DNA from: an uncultured Lachnospiraceae bacterium
GTDB lineage: Bacteria; Bacillota; Clostridia; Lachnospirales; Lachnospiraceae
Length of the DNA stretch: 64,000 bases
Direction of reading: 5' to 3'
Assembly (NCBI GenBank): GCA_902794095.1
Contig: CADBFZ010000006.1
Span: 90,092 to 154,091 of the forward strand
In this document: positions 17,503 through 27,129 of the stretch, one piece after another
Layout of the letters: the number at the start of each line of letters is the position of its first letter
Position numbering within the stretch: the stretch's first letter is position 1
The notes under the pieces: generated by a model
Told to the model about the DNA's origin: nothing
The model's database searches: none
What the model saw: the letters and a program-made list of their open reading frames with translations, nothing else
Program-made: the position numbers and the translations under genes

Positions 17503-18693
17503 TTATCCGAGTTTACCGGTTTTGCTTCCTCCGAGGGTTGCACCACTTAAGATGTTAGTGTCGAAGGAGTATGTAACTGCAGCCTCTTCACGTACACGCT
17601 TTAATGCAAGTTCAATCATTCTGTCCAGCTGCTCTTTATATTTCATTCCCAGCGCTTCCCAGAGATAGAAAGCAAGTGATCCGGGAATAGTATTGATCTC
17701 GTTATAGTAGAACTTACCGGTTTCTTCATCGATCATGAAGTCAATTCTTGCAACACCGTTACATCCAAGCTTCTGGAAGGACTTAACAGCCATTGTACGG
17801 ATTTCTTCTCTCATCTCAGGTGAAACTTCTGCGGGAATCTTTCTCGAAACTCCTGCCATTCCCTGTGATGCTCCGGTCTTTTTGCCGCCGCCGGAACAAT
17901 ACTTATCTTCATAGCTGAGGATATCCTTACTGTGAAGGGGCTCTTCAATCTCTGAAGCCTCCGCAACATTCTCATCACCGAGTACAGCACAGTTGATCTC
18001 ACGAAGCTTTGTTATAGCATGCTCTGCAATTATCTTCCTTGCATAGGAATAGCCTTCATCGATAGCCTTGGAAAGTTCAGATCTGTTTTTGGCAACAGTT
18101 ATTCCGACACTGGAGCCTGCGTTGAAAGGCTTTACGATAACGGGATATCCGATCTTCTCCTCGATATCATTCATAAGTTTTTCCATGTTCTCATAATCGG
18201 CCATGGTGTAGATGAAGCTGTCGAGAACAGGAATTCCGTTGTCTTTAAGAACAGCTTTCTGAACATACTTGTCCATTCCCACTGCCGAGGCGGTAACATC
18301 GCATCCTACAAAAGGAAGACCGAGGGTCTTGAAATATCCCTGAAGTGCACCGTCCTCAACGTTTGTTCCGTGCACAACGGGGAATGCAAGGTCTACGGCA
18401 ATATCGGTCTTTTTTCCGAAGAGTCCTGCTTTGTGAGATACCATGTGCACACCGTCGCCTTCATTTATCATGATGACACGTGTGGATTTGCCAAGCAGTG
18501 CGGGGATATTGCGATAGCTTTCGATCTTACCGATATCCTCTCCAACATACATCTCATTGTTCTTGGTGAGATATACGGGAGTGACGTCATATTTTTCCTT
18601 GTCTATGGCCATGTATGCCTGAATACCCGATATTACGGATACCTCATGTTCTACGCTTCTGCCCCCGAACATCAGAGCAATTCTTGTTTTCAT
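17503..18693 (-). CDS. ddl: D-alanine--D-alanine ligase (long form, 396 aa)
   Basis: RIALMFGGRSVEHEVSVISG N-domain and an ATP-grasp core (GYPVIVKPFNAGSSVGI..., ARIDFMID, YNEINTIPG). Confidence 0.85.
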   Translation of the reverse strand: MKTRIALMFGGRSVEHEVSVISGIQAYMAIDKEKYDVTPVYLTKNNEMYVGEDIGKIESYRNIPALLGKSTRVIMINEGDGVHMVSHKAGLFGKKTDIAVDLAFPVVHGTNVEDGALQGYFKTLGLPFVGCDVTASAVGMDKYVQKAVLKDNGIPVLDSFIYTMADYENMEKLMNDIEEKIGYPVIVKPFNAGSSVGITVAKNRSELSKAIDEGYSYARKIIAEHAITKLREINCAVLGDENVAEASEIEEPLHSKDILSYEDKYCSGGGKKTGASQGMAGVSRKIPAEVSPEMREEIRTMAVKSFQKLGCNGVARIDFMIDEETGKFYYNEINTIPGSLAFYLWEALGMKYKEQLDRMIELALKRVREEAAVTYSFDTNILSGATLGGSKTGKLG

Positions 18694-19386
18694 TTATATT
18701 TCCTCCTCGTGGGATATTCTGTAAAATACTTTCGGATTAAATATCCGGATAATAAGCAAAGCAACGATAAAAAACCTGAAGCATGCATCAGCTATGCCGA
18801 TGTAATCGGATGCCATTAAAGCCGTTCCGAATTCGATCCTGTTAATTATCACACTGACATAATGGATGAAAGTGAAAATAAAACTTAATACAAGGATCAG
18901 TGATCTGATCACGGCGAACACTTTTCTGTGTGTTTCATCTGTTTTGATAATAAGCACCAGCCATGCTGCCATGATAAAAAAGGTCAAATACCTTTCTTTG
19001 ATCAGTTCGATCACGGTTTCGTGACCTATGATATTGTTTATCGCATAATAAATCAGTTCCGCAGCATAATATGAAAATGTTGCTATGACAGGAAAACGGA
19101 TGGATTCTTTATCTTTGATAATATTCCAAATCCATATCAGCCAGAGCACGCTCCCTGCAATAGTAAGAATGATGCGGAATATAAAAATGAATATGCCAAG
19201 GGCTGCATTTCCCGCATACTGATAAGCAAACGCAGACAGATTTATTCCGTTAAAACCACGGTATAGACCTATGATCGCGGCAGGAATAGATATCAAGGCA
19301 TAAACTGCAGCGAGTATCAAGGCAACATTTGCAATTGCGTTGTATTTTTTCGTCATATCAATAATTATCCGGAAGATCATTTTCAA
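18694..19386 (-). CDS. hypothetical integral membrane protein (~6 TM) encoded between murF-like and ddl
   Basis: Hydrophobic helices throughout. The start overlaps the murF-like 3' end by 29 nt and the stop abuts the ddl start. Confidence 0.5.
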   Translation of the reverse strand: MKMIFRIIIDMTKKYNAIANVALILAAVYALISIPAAIIGLYRGFNGINLSAFAYQYAGNAALGIFIFIFRIILTIAGSVLWLIWIWNIIKDKESIRFPVIATFSYYAAELIYYAINNIIGHETVIELIKERYLTFFIMAAWLVLIIKTDETHRKVFAVIRSLILVLSFIFTFIHYVSVIINRIEFGTALMASDYIGIADACFRFFIVALLIIRIFNPKVFYRISHEEEI

Positions 19387-20968
19387 GAAGTATGTATTTT
19401 TTCTTATCCGTCTTGATATTCATCGCACGGTTCATTGCATCCTGAAGATTATCAAATGCCTCGACTTTTGTCTTATCAAATCCTGTCGAAATTACGCCTT
19501 CGTATATGGGTTCTGTTCTCTTTTTACCGACAAGGTAAATATAATCGCAATTTGCAGCAGCGTAAGTTCCGAACTTGAAGTTATAATCTCTTTCGTCCTC
19601 ACCCAGCTCTACCATTCCGGGAGTGATGAGGATGTGCTCTCCGTTAAAAAGATGGAGCATCTCAACAGCTGCTTTGGAACCGATGGGATTGGAATTGAAG
19701 GTATCATCTATTACCGTTACGGTTCCTCTGTCAAGGAGCTGAAGTCTGTGCTCAGCAGGCTGCAAGCGTCTTACGGGAATCTTAAGATCTGAAAGTGCGA
19801 TTCCGTATGTGTGGGCAACCGCTATGGCACCGAGTACGTTAATAACATTGTGAGCGCCGATCAATCTTGTAGTGAACTTTTCCTTCTCACCGTTTGGAGC
19901 GATGACGGTGAATGTGGTTCCCATATCGGATACGGATACATTCTCGGTACGGTATCCGTTCGAACTGCCTTCTCCGTACATTACGGTGTTCTTATAATTT
20001 CCCGCATTTCCGGAGATGTATTCATTATCTCCGTTCAGGAAAAGAAGTCCGCCTTCAGGAAGTGCATCACCAAGTTCAAACTTAGTCTTAACGATATTGT
20101 CCATGTTAAAGAAGGTCTCGAGATGCTGAGGTCCGATGGAAGTGATAAGTCCGTCGCGGGGATGAACGATATCACAAATCTCTTTGATCTCACCGACTTT
20201 TCTTGCACCCATTTCACAAACGAATATCTCATGAGTGCTCTTCATCTTTTCTCTTATGGTTTTAACAACACCCATGGGAGTGTTGTAGCTTTCGGGAGTT
20301 ACGAGAACGTTATATTTTACGCTGAGTAATGTGTTCAGATAAAACTTAAGCGAAGTCTTACCGTAGCTTCCGGTGATACCGATAACGCGAATGTGATCGT
20401 TCTCAGCAAGAATCTTTTTAGCATCATTTATGTACCACTGTCTGACCGCTTTTTCCGCAGGGCGGTTGATGATATTGGCAAGCATAAGGATGTATGGAGT
20501 AAGGAAAATTCCGATAAGAGCAGCGGCCATACCGCCAACATGATGAAAGATGTTCTCACACACTTCGCCCAAAGCGACCAATACCGCAAGGAGTATGCAT
20601 GATGTGAAAACAAGTCTCTTTGCTCTTGTGGTCATCACCAGTTTCTTTTTAGTAAATACGGATTTTAAAAACAGATAGATCCTGATATCGATTATAAGAA
20701 AAAGAATGCTTATGACAGCGGTGACAGGTGCGGAATAAACCGCCATCATCACTCCGCAGATGAGCATGAAGATGAGCTGTCTTTGTTTTCCTCGGTTATT
20801 TTTATGCCAGGTTCCGTGTTCCTCGTTGTCATAGCCGTTTAACTGAAGCATATGAAGATTAAATCTTAAGGTCACGTAATAAGCCCATGCGGCCAGCAAT
20901 GCAAAAACAAGCACCAGAAACAGGTAACCGAAAAATTCTATGTTGTTGAACAGATTCATTCCAGGCAT
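19358..20968 (-). CDS. murF: Mur ligase family protein, MurF-like (UDP-MurNAc-tripeptide--D-Ala-D-Ala ligase homolog), with a ~150-aa N-terminal polytopic membrane domain
   Basis: P-loop VIGITGSYGKTS near residue 200, central and C-terminal Mur ligase domains (DDTFNSNP, LITPGMVELG), and adjacency to ddl. The N-terminal 150 aa form 4-5 hydrophobic helices. The ATG is 1 nt after the TGA of the upstream hydrolase gene. Confidence 0.7.
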   Translation of the reverse strand: MPGMNLFNNIEFFGYLFLVLVFALLAAWAYYVTLRFNLHMLQLNGYDNEEHGTWHKNNRGKQRQLIFMLICGVMMAVYSAPVTAVISILFLIIDIRIYLFLKSVFTKKKLVMTTRAKRLVFTSCILLAVLVALGEVCENIFHHVGGMAAALIGIFLTPYILMLANIINRPAEKAVRQWYINDAKKILAENDHIRVIGITGSYGKTSLKFYLNTLLSVKYNVLVTPESYNTPMGVVKTIREKMKSTHEIFVCEMGARKVGEIKEICDIVHPRDGLITSIGPQHLETFFNMDNIVKTKFELGDALPEGGLLFLNGDNEYISGNAGNYKNTVMYGEGSSNGYRTENVSVSDMGTTFTVIAPNGEKEKFTTRLIGAHNVINVLGAIAVAHTYGIALSDLKIPVRRLQPAEHRLQLLDRGTVTVIDDTFNSNPIGSKAAVEMLHLFNGEHILITPGMVELGEDERDYNFKFGTYAAANCDYIYLVGKKRTEPIYEGVISTGFDKTKVEAFDNLQDAMNRAMNIKTDKKKYILLENDLPDNY

Positions 20969-20969
20969 A

Positions 20970-21743
20970 TCAGTTTAAATCAAAATCAGCTCTTATTATC
21001 CCGGTAAACACAGGGACATTCTCCGCAAACGAAAAATGGCCGGTGCCGGGAATTACCGCAAGTCCTGCTGAAGGCATCAATTTTTCCATCAGTTTGCCGT
21101 CACTTAAAGGAGTGGCTTCGTCCTTGTCACCCCATATCAGCAGCGTGTCATATTTATTCTTTTCAAAAAGATGTGTCAGATCTTCATTGACCGCTTTGAC
21201 AAGACATCCCTTCATGATGGGAGTCGCATTGCGGTAATCCTCGGAGCCCTGAGTGGATCTCCACAGCTCGATGAGTTCGGAGAACATCATATATACGGGC
21301 TTGAAAAACAGGATCTTTTTAAGGATCTTATATCTGAATACCCTGACATTCTGTTTAAAACTTCTCTTAGGTCTTACACCGGCAGAATCTATAAGTACGA
21401 TCTTCTCAATCTCGAAAGGCAGATCATCCCTTGCAGCCATCCTTATTATCATCCTGCCGCCGTAGGAATGTCCGATAAGGACCGCCTTTTTGATGTCCAG
21501 GGCTTTCATGAGCTTAATAAAAAACTCTGTGAACTGTCCCACATCCCAGCTCTCGGGCGGTTCGTCACTTGCACCGAATCCGGGAAGATCAAACTGAAGC
21601 ACCCTGAACCTGTCGGAGATGGCATTTGCGACAACATCATAAAGAGGATAGGATGTTCCCCATCCCTGCAAAATAACCGCGGTTTCTTCACCTTCTCCGG
21701 TGAATTTATATGCGATTTTAAGTCCGTCTACAGTAATGTCCAT
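20970..21743 (-). CDS. alpha/beta-fold hydrolase
   Basis: Nucleophile elbow GHSYGG, and HGWGT-like oxyanion region ILQGWGTS; 257 aa. First gene of the hydrolase-murF-ddl operon. Confidence 0.7.
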   Translation of the reverse strand: MDITVDGLKIAYKFTGEGEETAVILQGWGTSYPLYDVVANAISDRFRVLQFDLPGFGASDEPPESWDVGQFTEFFIKLMKALDIKKAVLIGHSYGGRMIIRMAARDDLPFEIEKIVLIDSAGVRPKRSFKQNVRVFRYKILKKILFFKPVYMMFSELIELWRSTQGSEDYRNATPIMKGCLVKAVNEDLTHLFEKNKYDTLLIWGDKDEATPLSDGKLMEKLMPSAGLAVIPGTGHFSFAENVPVFTGIIRADFDLN

Positions 21744-21802
21744 AATCTGTAATATTCTACCACTTTTGGACGGTTTATTCCATGAAAAAGCCGTACTTTT
21801 CG

Positions 21803-21980
21803 GTGGATTTGGGCTTCAGAGGAAGTAGAAAAGCTAATAATTTGGCATTTTTGCAGGAAATTTTAGCCCATGGAAGTGGATTGGGCCTTATCAGAGAGCA
21901 GAAAAGCTAATAATTTGGCATTTTTGCAGGAAATTTTAGCCCGCGACAGTGGATTGGGGCTTCTGAGGAGGAAAACCCCC
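21803..21980. repeat. 73-bp tandem direct repeat, 2.4 copies, with a 43-nt invariant core (AGAAAAGCTAATAATTTGGCATTTTTGCAGGAAATTTTAGCCC) and variable 30-nt segments
   Basis: Copy 1 is 21803-21875, copy 2 is 21876-21948, and a partial copy 3 is 21949-~21980. The period is exactly 73. The repeat lies between the stop of the 90-aa Cys-rich gene and the start of the hydrolase-murF-ddl operon. Confidence 0.85.
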
Positions 21981-21983
21981 CGT

Positions 21984-22256
21984 TCACCACTTGGAAATGG
22001 GGCAATGTGCCGCTTTTGAAGCGGCTCTTATCTCGACATAACACCCGCATTTAAGACAGGTGCCTGAAAGAAGGCTGTCACAGCCTGTGCAATGTTTTAA
22101 ACGCTCTTCATAGAGCTCATCGGATGCTTTCTCCGAGGCATGGAGCATAGCTCTGGTTTTCTTGACATATTCATATATATCAGCCTTTTCCGCCATATCG
22201 CGGATAAGGCACAACTTACATTCACTCATAAATCCACTCTTGATATCACTTTGCAT
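21984..22256 (-). CDS. hypothetical small cysteine-rich protein (8 Cys: CKLC...CTGC...CLKCGC...HC)
   Basis: Complete 90-aa ORF; Cys spacing suggests metal binding. No family recognised. Confidence 0.4.
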   Translation of the reverse strand: MQSDIKSGFMSECKLCLIRDMAEKADIYEYVKKTRAMLHASEKASDELYEERLKHCTGCDSLLSGTCLKCGCYVEIRAASKAAHCPISKW

Positions 22257-22305
22257 TACCGGATATCACACGGAATCACTTGGCATAACCCGGAATCAAC
22301 CTGCA

Positions 22306-23460
22306 TTACCTGCTCTTCACTTTTTCGTCGTACATATTCTCATCGGCATCGTCAATGAGCTGTTTGAGAGTAAGGGATCCGGATGTGTAGGATATTCCTA
22401 TGCTGACGGTAAGATCAAAGGGAACGCCTGTCTTATCATTGATTTCCTTAAGCTTATCCTTGATACGTGTTTTAAGATTTTCACACTCCTCAAGTCCCGA
22501 AGCTTCTACCAAAACAGAGAATTCATCTCCGCCGTAACGGGCAATATTTGCTCTTCTGGGAAGCTCTTTACAGGCAAGACGCAGTGCTTCCGCAATATTT
22601 TTAAGAGCCTGGTCTCCTTCAACGTGTCCATAGGTATCATTGATCGATTTAAACTTATTGGCATCGATCATGAGAAGATACAAAATATTTCCTTCCGAAT
22701 GGCCTTTTGTCCACTGATCATAGAAATGCACCAGCATTTTCCTGTTATTTAGTCCGGTGAGAGGATCAACCGAAATCAGCTGGTCTATCCAGTTCAGATA
22801 CAGTAAAAGCGTGGACAGCGCAAGCACTCCGCATGCAACCGGGAGCCTCGGATAGAAAAACTGAAGCAGTCCCGCCCCTCCGGGAGCTATAGGAAAGAGG
22901 GCCAAAAATACTAAAGTCTTTTTGTTCGCGCTGCTGCTTTTTCTGACAATCCCGAAGATAATATGTGAACAGGATACAAAAACATACATATATGCAAAAA
23001 CATAGGTTAATACAAAAAGAGGACCCCTGTGATACACGCCGTTTTTGTCCACATAGAATAAAAATCCGGCGAACAGATTGGTAATGAGAAATCCGATAAA
23101 AACGACCATCGGAATACAGGCAATGCGCACTTTTCTCTTACTCTCAACCAGCTTTGACTCACGCAGATGCTCAAAATACAAAAACCAGAAAAAGCACATA
23201 AGCCCGGTGGAATAGAAATACAATTCCTTACACAAAAGCTTGGCGGCAGGGGCAAATATTCCCAACCGTATAATTCCCTCATTTATCAGAACAAAAAAAG
23301 TATCGGACGCAAAAAAGACCATCTCAGCAATGATTGAAATGGCGAAATTTCTCTGGGCCATCATCCGGGAAAGCCCCATGGTCTTCCATAATATGACAGC
23401 AATAAGAATCAGCGATATCAGATTTATTTCTGCATAAAGAATCGCATATTCACTATACAT
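22306..23460 (-). CDS. membrane-bound diguanylate cyclase (GGDEF domain) with an N-terminal multi-TM sensor domain
   Basis: RYGGDEFSVL and the upstream LTGLNNRKML I-site/half-site context; ~7 TM helices at the N-terminus. Confidence 0.8.
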   Translation of the reverse strand: MYSEYAILYAEINLISLILIAVILWKTMGLSRMMAQRNFAISIIAEMVFFASDTFFVLINEGIIRLGIFAPAAKLLCKELYFYSTGLMCFFWFLYFEHLRESKLVESKRKVRIACIPMVVFIGFLITNLFAGFLFYVDKNGVYHRGPLFVLTYVFAYMYVFVSCSHIIFGIVRKSSSANKKTLVFLALFPIAPGGAGLLQFFYPRLPVACGVLALSTLLLYLNWIDQLISVDPLTGLNNRKMLVHFYDQWTKGHSEGNILYLLMIDANKFKSINDTYGHVEGDQALKNIAEALRLACKELPRRANIARYGGDEFSVLVEASGLEECENLKTRIKDKLKEINDKTGVPFDLTVSIGISYTSGSLTLKQLIDDADENMYDEKVKSR

Positions 23461-23491
23461 GGCTCCATTATACCTCTAAAACCGCATTAAA

Positions 23492-23524
23492 ACAAAAATG
23501 GCGGAACGATTAACCGTTCCGCCA
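23492..23524 (-). terminator. intrinsic terminator downstream of the GH51 gene (usable in both directions)
   Basis: AAAAA-tGGCGGAACG-attaa-CCGTTCCGCCa; on the minus strand the hairpin is followed by TTTTTGTTTT. Confidence 0.6.
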
Positions 23525-23567
23525 TATTGCTGTTATCAAAACTTCCAATACTTTAATGCCGTTGTGC

Positions 23568-25058
23568 TTATACCTCGGTTGCGGTGATTGCAGTTACGCT
23601 TGCCTTGGGAAGTTTAATCTTGATGGCGGTGCCACCGTTAACAACTTCTGCAGCAAGATCCTTGATAACAACATTCTCGGGATTTTCGAAGGTGTTGTGA
23701 TCCTGGATGTTTCCGAATACGCTTCTTGCACTTGCAGAGCTTACCTTGTTTCCGCCGATGATGATCTCGGTTTCTGCATCGTTCTCGGGATCTGCGTTAA
23801 CAACGGTGATAAGAAGCTTTCCATCCTTCTCGGATGCGGATACGCTGAGTGAAGGGAATGAATAATCACCCTTCTTAAGATCTTCTGCCTCTGCATAGCT
23901 CTCAACCTGACGTGCATCCATATGTCCCTGATAAAGATCATATACATGATAGGTGGGAGTAAGGATCATCTTAGGTCCGTCGGTAAGGATCATGGACTGA
24001 AGAACGTTGATCATCTGTGCGATGTTAGCCATTACGACATAGTCGCATCTGTCGTTGAACATGTTAAGGTTAAGAGCTGCAACAACAGCGTCACGGATGG
24101 TGTTCTGCTGGTATAAGAATCCGGGATTGGTTCCGGGCTCAACTTCGAACCAGTTACCCCACTCATCAACGATGAGCTTAAGCTCATGGTTATTCTTCTT
24201 GGCAGCCTGCTTAAGGATCTGGATATTAACATCCATGATCTGTCCGAGATAGAGAGTCTTGGAAAGAGTCTCATAGTAATCATCAACGGTAAATACGGTT
24301 GCCTTATTCTTCTTGTTCCACTCGGGTCCGGTTACGGTGTAGTAGTGAAGTGAAAGTGCATCAGCCATGTTGCCTATTCTTTCTGCTACTACTCTTACCC
24401 ACTCGAAATCATCTGCGTTTGCACCGCAAGCGATCTTGTAGATGGGATGCTCATTGTCATAATTTCTCATGAAGGTGCTGAACTGACGTGCAACACTTGC
24501 ATAGAAATCGGGACTCATGTTTCCGCCGCAGCCCCAGTTCTCATTTCCGATACCCCAGAACTTAACATTCCAAGGCTCTTCCTGACCGTTCTTACGTCTA
24601 AGATCAGCCATGGGTGAAACTCCACCCATGTTGCAGTACTCGATCCAGTCTGAAAGTTCCTGAACGGTTCCGCTTCCGACGTTACCTGAGATGTAAGGCT
24701 CGCAACCTACCTGCTTACAAAACTCAAGGAACTCGTGAGTTCCGAATGAATTATCTTCGGTAACTCCGCCCCAGTTGGTGTTAACGATCTTCTTTCTGTT
24801 TTCTTTTGCACCGATACCGTCCATCCAGTGATAAGTATCACCGAAGCATCCGCCGGGCCATCTGAGTACGGGTACGTTAATTGCCTTAAGTGCTTCAACA
24901 ACGTCCTTTCTCATGCCGTTTACATTGGGGATGCCATCTTCTTCTTTGACGAAGATTCCCTCATAGATGCATCTTCCCAAGTGCTCGGAGAACTGTCCGT
25001 AAATATTCTTGTTGATAGTCCCCTTGCTCTTTTTGGTATTAACTACGATATGCGCCAT
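23568..25058 (-). CDS. alpha-L-arabinofuranosidase, GH51
   Basis: NIYGQFSEHLGRCIYEGIF, LRWPGGCFGDTYHWMDGIG, and catalytic region WGIGNENWGCGG; 496 aa. Confidence 0.85.
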   Translation of the reverse strand: MAHIVVNTKKSKGTINKNIYGQFSEHLGRCIYEGIFVKEEDGIPNVNGMRKDVVEALKAINVPVLRWPGGCFGDTYHWMDGIGAKENRKKIVNTNWGGVTEDNSFGTHEFLEFCKQVGCEPYISGNVGSGTVQELSDWIEYCNMGGVSPMADLRRKNGQEEPWNVKFWGIGNENWGCGGNMSPDFYASVARQFSTFMRNYDNEHPIYKIACGANADDFEWVRVVAERIGNMADALSLHYYTVTGPEWNKKNKATVFTVDDYYETLSKTLYLGQIMDVNIQILKQAAKKNNHELKLIVDEWGNWFEVEPGTNPGFLYQQNTIRDAVVAALNLNMFNDRCDYVVMANIAQMINVLQSMILTDGPKMILTPTYHVYDLYQGHMDARQVESYAEAEDLKKGDYSFPSLSVSASEKDGKLLITVVNADPENDAETEIIIGGNKVSSASARSVFGNIQDHNTFENPENVVIKDLAAEVVNGGTAIKIKLPKASVTAITATEV

Positions 25059-25086
25059 TTTATCCTCCGTTAATATCGCGTATTAA

Positions 25087-27099
25087 TCAGTCCCAGATTT
25101 TCTCACCCTTTAAATCAGCAGTTGCAAAGGGTCCGGGAATAATTTTCAAACTTCTCTTGTTACCAAAATAGTCCTCGTTGAAAGTAATGGGAGTTCCGTC
25201 GGGATTCTCATAGCACTGCTGAGGCTCGAACGCCTTGCCGAGGGTTTCGGTATCGATCATCTTCACCTTGAAGTCTTTAACGATGTCAAAGACATTGGTC
25301 TTAAGTGTATATACGCCCTTCTTTTCCTGAAGAGTTACATACGCCTTGGTCTTCTTATCAACGAGATTGTCCTTCTCTTTCTTAAACGCCTTAGCGCCGT
25401 TCAGATAAGCATTACCGTGGATCCAAACGGGAAGGTGTCCGAAGTGACCGGTTGCGAGTTTTCCCATGTCGGGACGACGCTTGCCGATATCAAAGAGCTC
25501 TATCCAATCTTCGTAAACAGGATACTCATCCCATACGTGTGTTCCTACTTCGAGGTTTGTGGGCTCACGCTTGGGATCCCATCCCTTGAGATAATTCTTG
25601 GGAACGGGAGTATTCTGGATAAATATGTTGTTATAGAATCTGTCATCACCGTGAAGTATGGTCATGAAACCGAGAACTTCGGTGCGGTGAGGGATGTGAT
25701 AAGGAGTGTAACGGGGCTCACGCTGTCCGTTGATAACCGAATCAACACCGCTTCCTACCATTACGAAAGATCCGCATACAAGGTTATGTACCATTGCAAC
25801 GCCCTCGGTGGGGATACGTAATGAGCAGGGTGACAGAAGTATGTTGTTATCGATAAGAGTAGGTCCGTGGCCGACTTCTACGAAGAGATCCTGATCGAAG
25901 CGGTCCGGTCTCTTTTCCAGGAAATCGGGGATGCAGTTGTCGTGCAGGAAATTGCGGGTGATTCTTGTTCCCTGTGCTTCCCAGTCGCACCAGATACCCA
26001 TCCAGCAATGATGGATGTGATTTCTGCGGAAGGTTACATCGATTGCCGCGTGGAACTTGATACCTGCGATCTCAGCACCGCCAAGCTGCTGCATGTTATT
26101 GATGTGATGGATGTGGTTGTCCTCGATGATTGAGAATACGCATCCCATTCTTCCAACGATACCTGTCTGCTCGCAGTGATGGATGTTACATCTTCTTACG
26201 ATGTGACCACCTACGGTCTCCTTGGTCCAGCCATCATACTGCGCGCGGCATACCGCATCTCTCTCCATCTGAGTGGGGCTCTTAAGATGCTCATGGAAGA
26301 AGTAGTTGTCGTTGTTTTCCTGAGAATAGTTACCGAAGGAAATGCCGCAACACTTAGATCCGTATACATCACAGTCTTCGATGATCCAGCCCTTTGACCA
26401 GTGTGCACCGATCATTCCGTCCTGATAAGCTGCGGGAGGAGCCCATGTGGTTGCGGCCTTACATACGGTAAATCCCGAAAGGGTGATGTATCCGATGTAC
26501 TTCTCGGAAGGCATGAAACAGTTACGACGAACGGTTACTTCTACCTTCTCCTTGGAAGGATCCTTGTCCTTAAAGTTAGCATAGATAACGGTCTCATCAG
26601 TCTTCTCGTCCTGCTCGCAGAACCACTTGTAAACTGACATCTCGGGTTCCCAGCTTCTCTCATATACCTTGCCGTCAAGGCACTCTTTGAGGGATTCGGT
26701 CTCATACATCATGCGGTCATTGAGGTATACGTTACCGGTATGCATGTGGTTGTCCGCAAAATACCAGTCGCCTTCAACTTCCTGGATGTAAGGATTGTAC
26801 GCACCGAATACGGAATTGCTTATCCTGGTTACGTAAGTTGAACCCTTATATTTCTTCCAATCGGTAACAACCTCTGCGCCGGTGATAACGGCAGCCAGGG
26901 GCTTCTCCGATGTGTAGGTTATTCTCGCGTCTTCTTTTCCTGCGTGTTTGGGATTGACATACTCCCTGTAGATTCCGGGGGCAACGATTATTTCGTCACC
27001 GGGCATTGCGATGTTTGCGGCATCCTGAATCGCCTTGAAAGGTGATTCCTTACTTCCGTTGCCGCCTCTGGTCGCAGATGCATTAACATAGATTTTCAT
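25087..27099 (-). CDS. right-handed parallel beta-helix (pectin-lyase-fold) protein, putative glycoside hydrolase/lyase
   Basis: The N-terminus MKIYVNASATRGGNGSKESPFKAIQDAANIAMPGDEIIVAPGIYRE is typical of beta-helix carbohydrate-active proteins. Repeated NxxxH/Nxxxx blocks follow. It is adjacent to GH51. Confidence 0.5.
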   Translation of the reverse strand: MKIYVNASATRGGNGSKESPFKAIQDAANIAMPGDEIIVAPGIYREYVNPKHAGKEDARITYTSEKPLAAVITGAEVVTDWKKYKGSTYVTRISNSVFGAYNPYIQEVEGDWYFADNHMHTGNVYLNDRMMYETESLKECLDGKVYERSWEPEMSVYKWFCEQDEKTDETVIYANFKDKDPSKEKVEVTVRRNCFMPSEKYIGYITLSGFTVCKAATTWAPPAAYQDGMIGAHWSKGWIIEDCDVYGSKCCGISFGNYSQENNDNYFFHEHLKSPTQMERDAVCRAQYDGWTKETVGGHIVRRCNIHHCEQTGIVGRMGCVFSIIEDNHIHHINNMQQLGGAEIAGIKFHAAIDVTFRRNHIHHCWMGIWCDWEAQGTRITRNFLHDNCIPDFLEKRPDRFDQDLFVEVGHGPTLIDNNILLSPCSLRIPTEGVAMVHNLVCGSFVMVGSGVDSVINGQREPRYTPYHIPHRTEVLGFMTILHGDDRFYNNIFIQNTPVPKNYLKGWDPKREPTNLEVGTHVWDEYPVYEDWIELFDIGKRRPDMGKLATGHFGHLPVWIHGNAYLNGAKAFKKEKDNLVDKKTKAYVTLQEKKGVYTLKTNVFDIVKDFKVKMIDTETLGKAFEPQQCYENPDGTPITFNEDYFGNKRSLKIIPGPFATADLKGEKIWD

Positions 27100-27129
27100 A
27101 ATGTACCTCCTTGCATTTTGCGTTCCCCG

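Noticed and set aside
21803-21980. Possible CRISPR array (identical 43-nt units separated by ~30-nt segments)
   Set aside because: There are only 2.4 units. The spacers are clearly homologous to each other (GTGGATTKGGGCYT...), so the whole thing is a 73-bp tandem duplication rather than repeat-spacer architecture. No cas genes are in the window.
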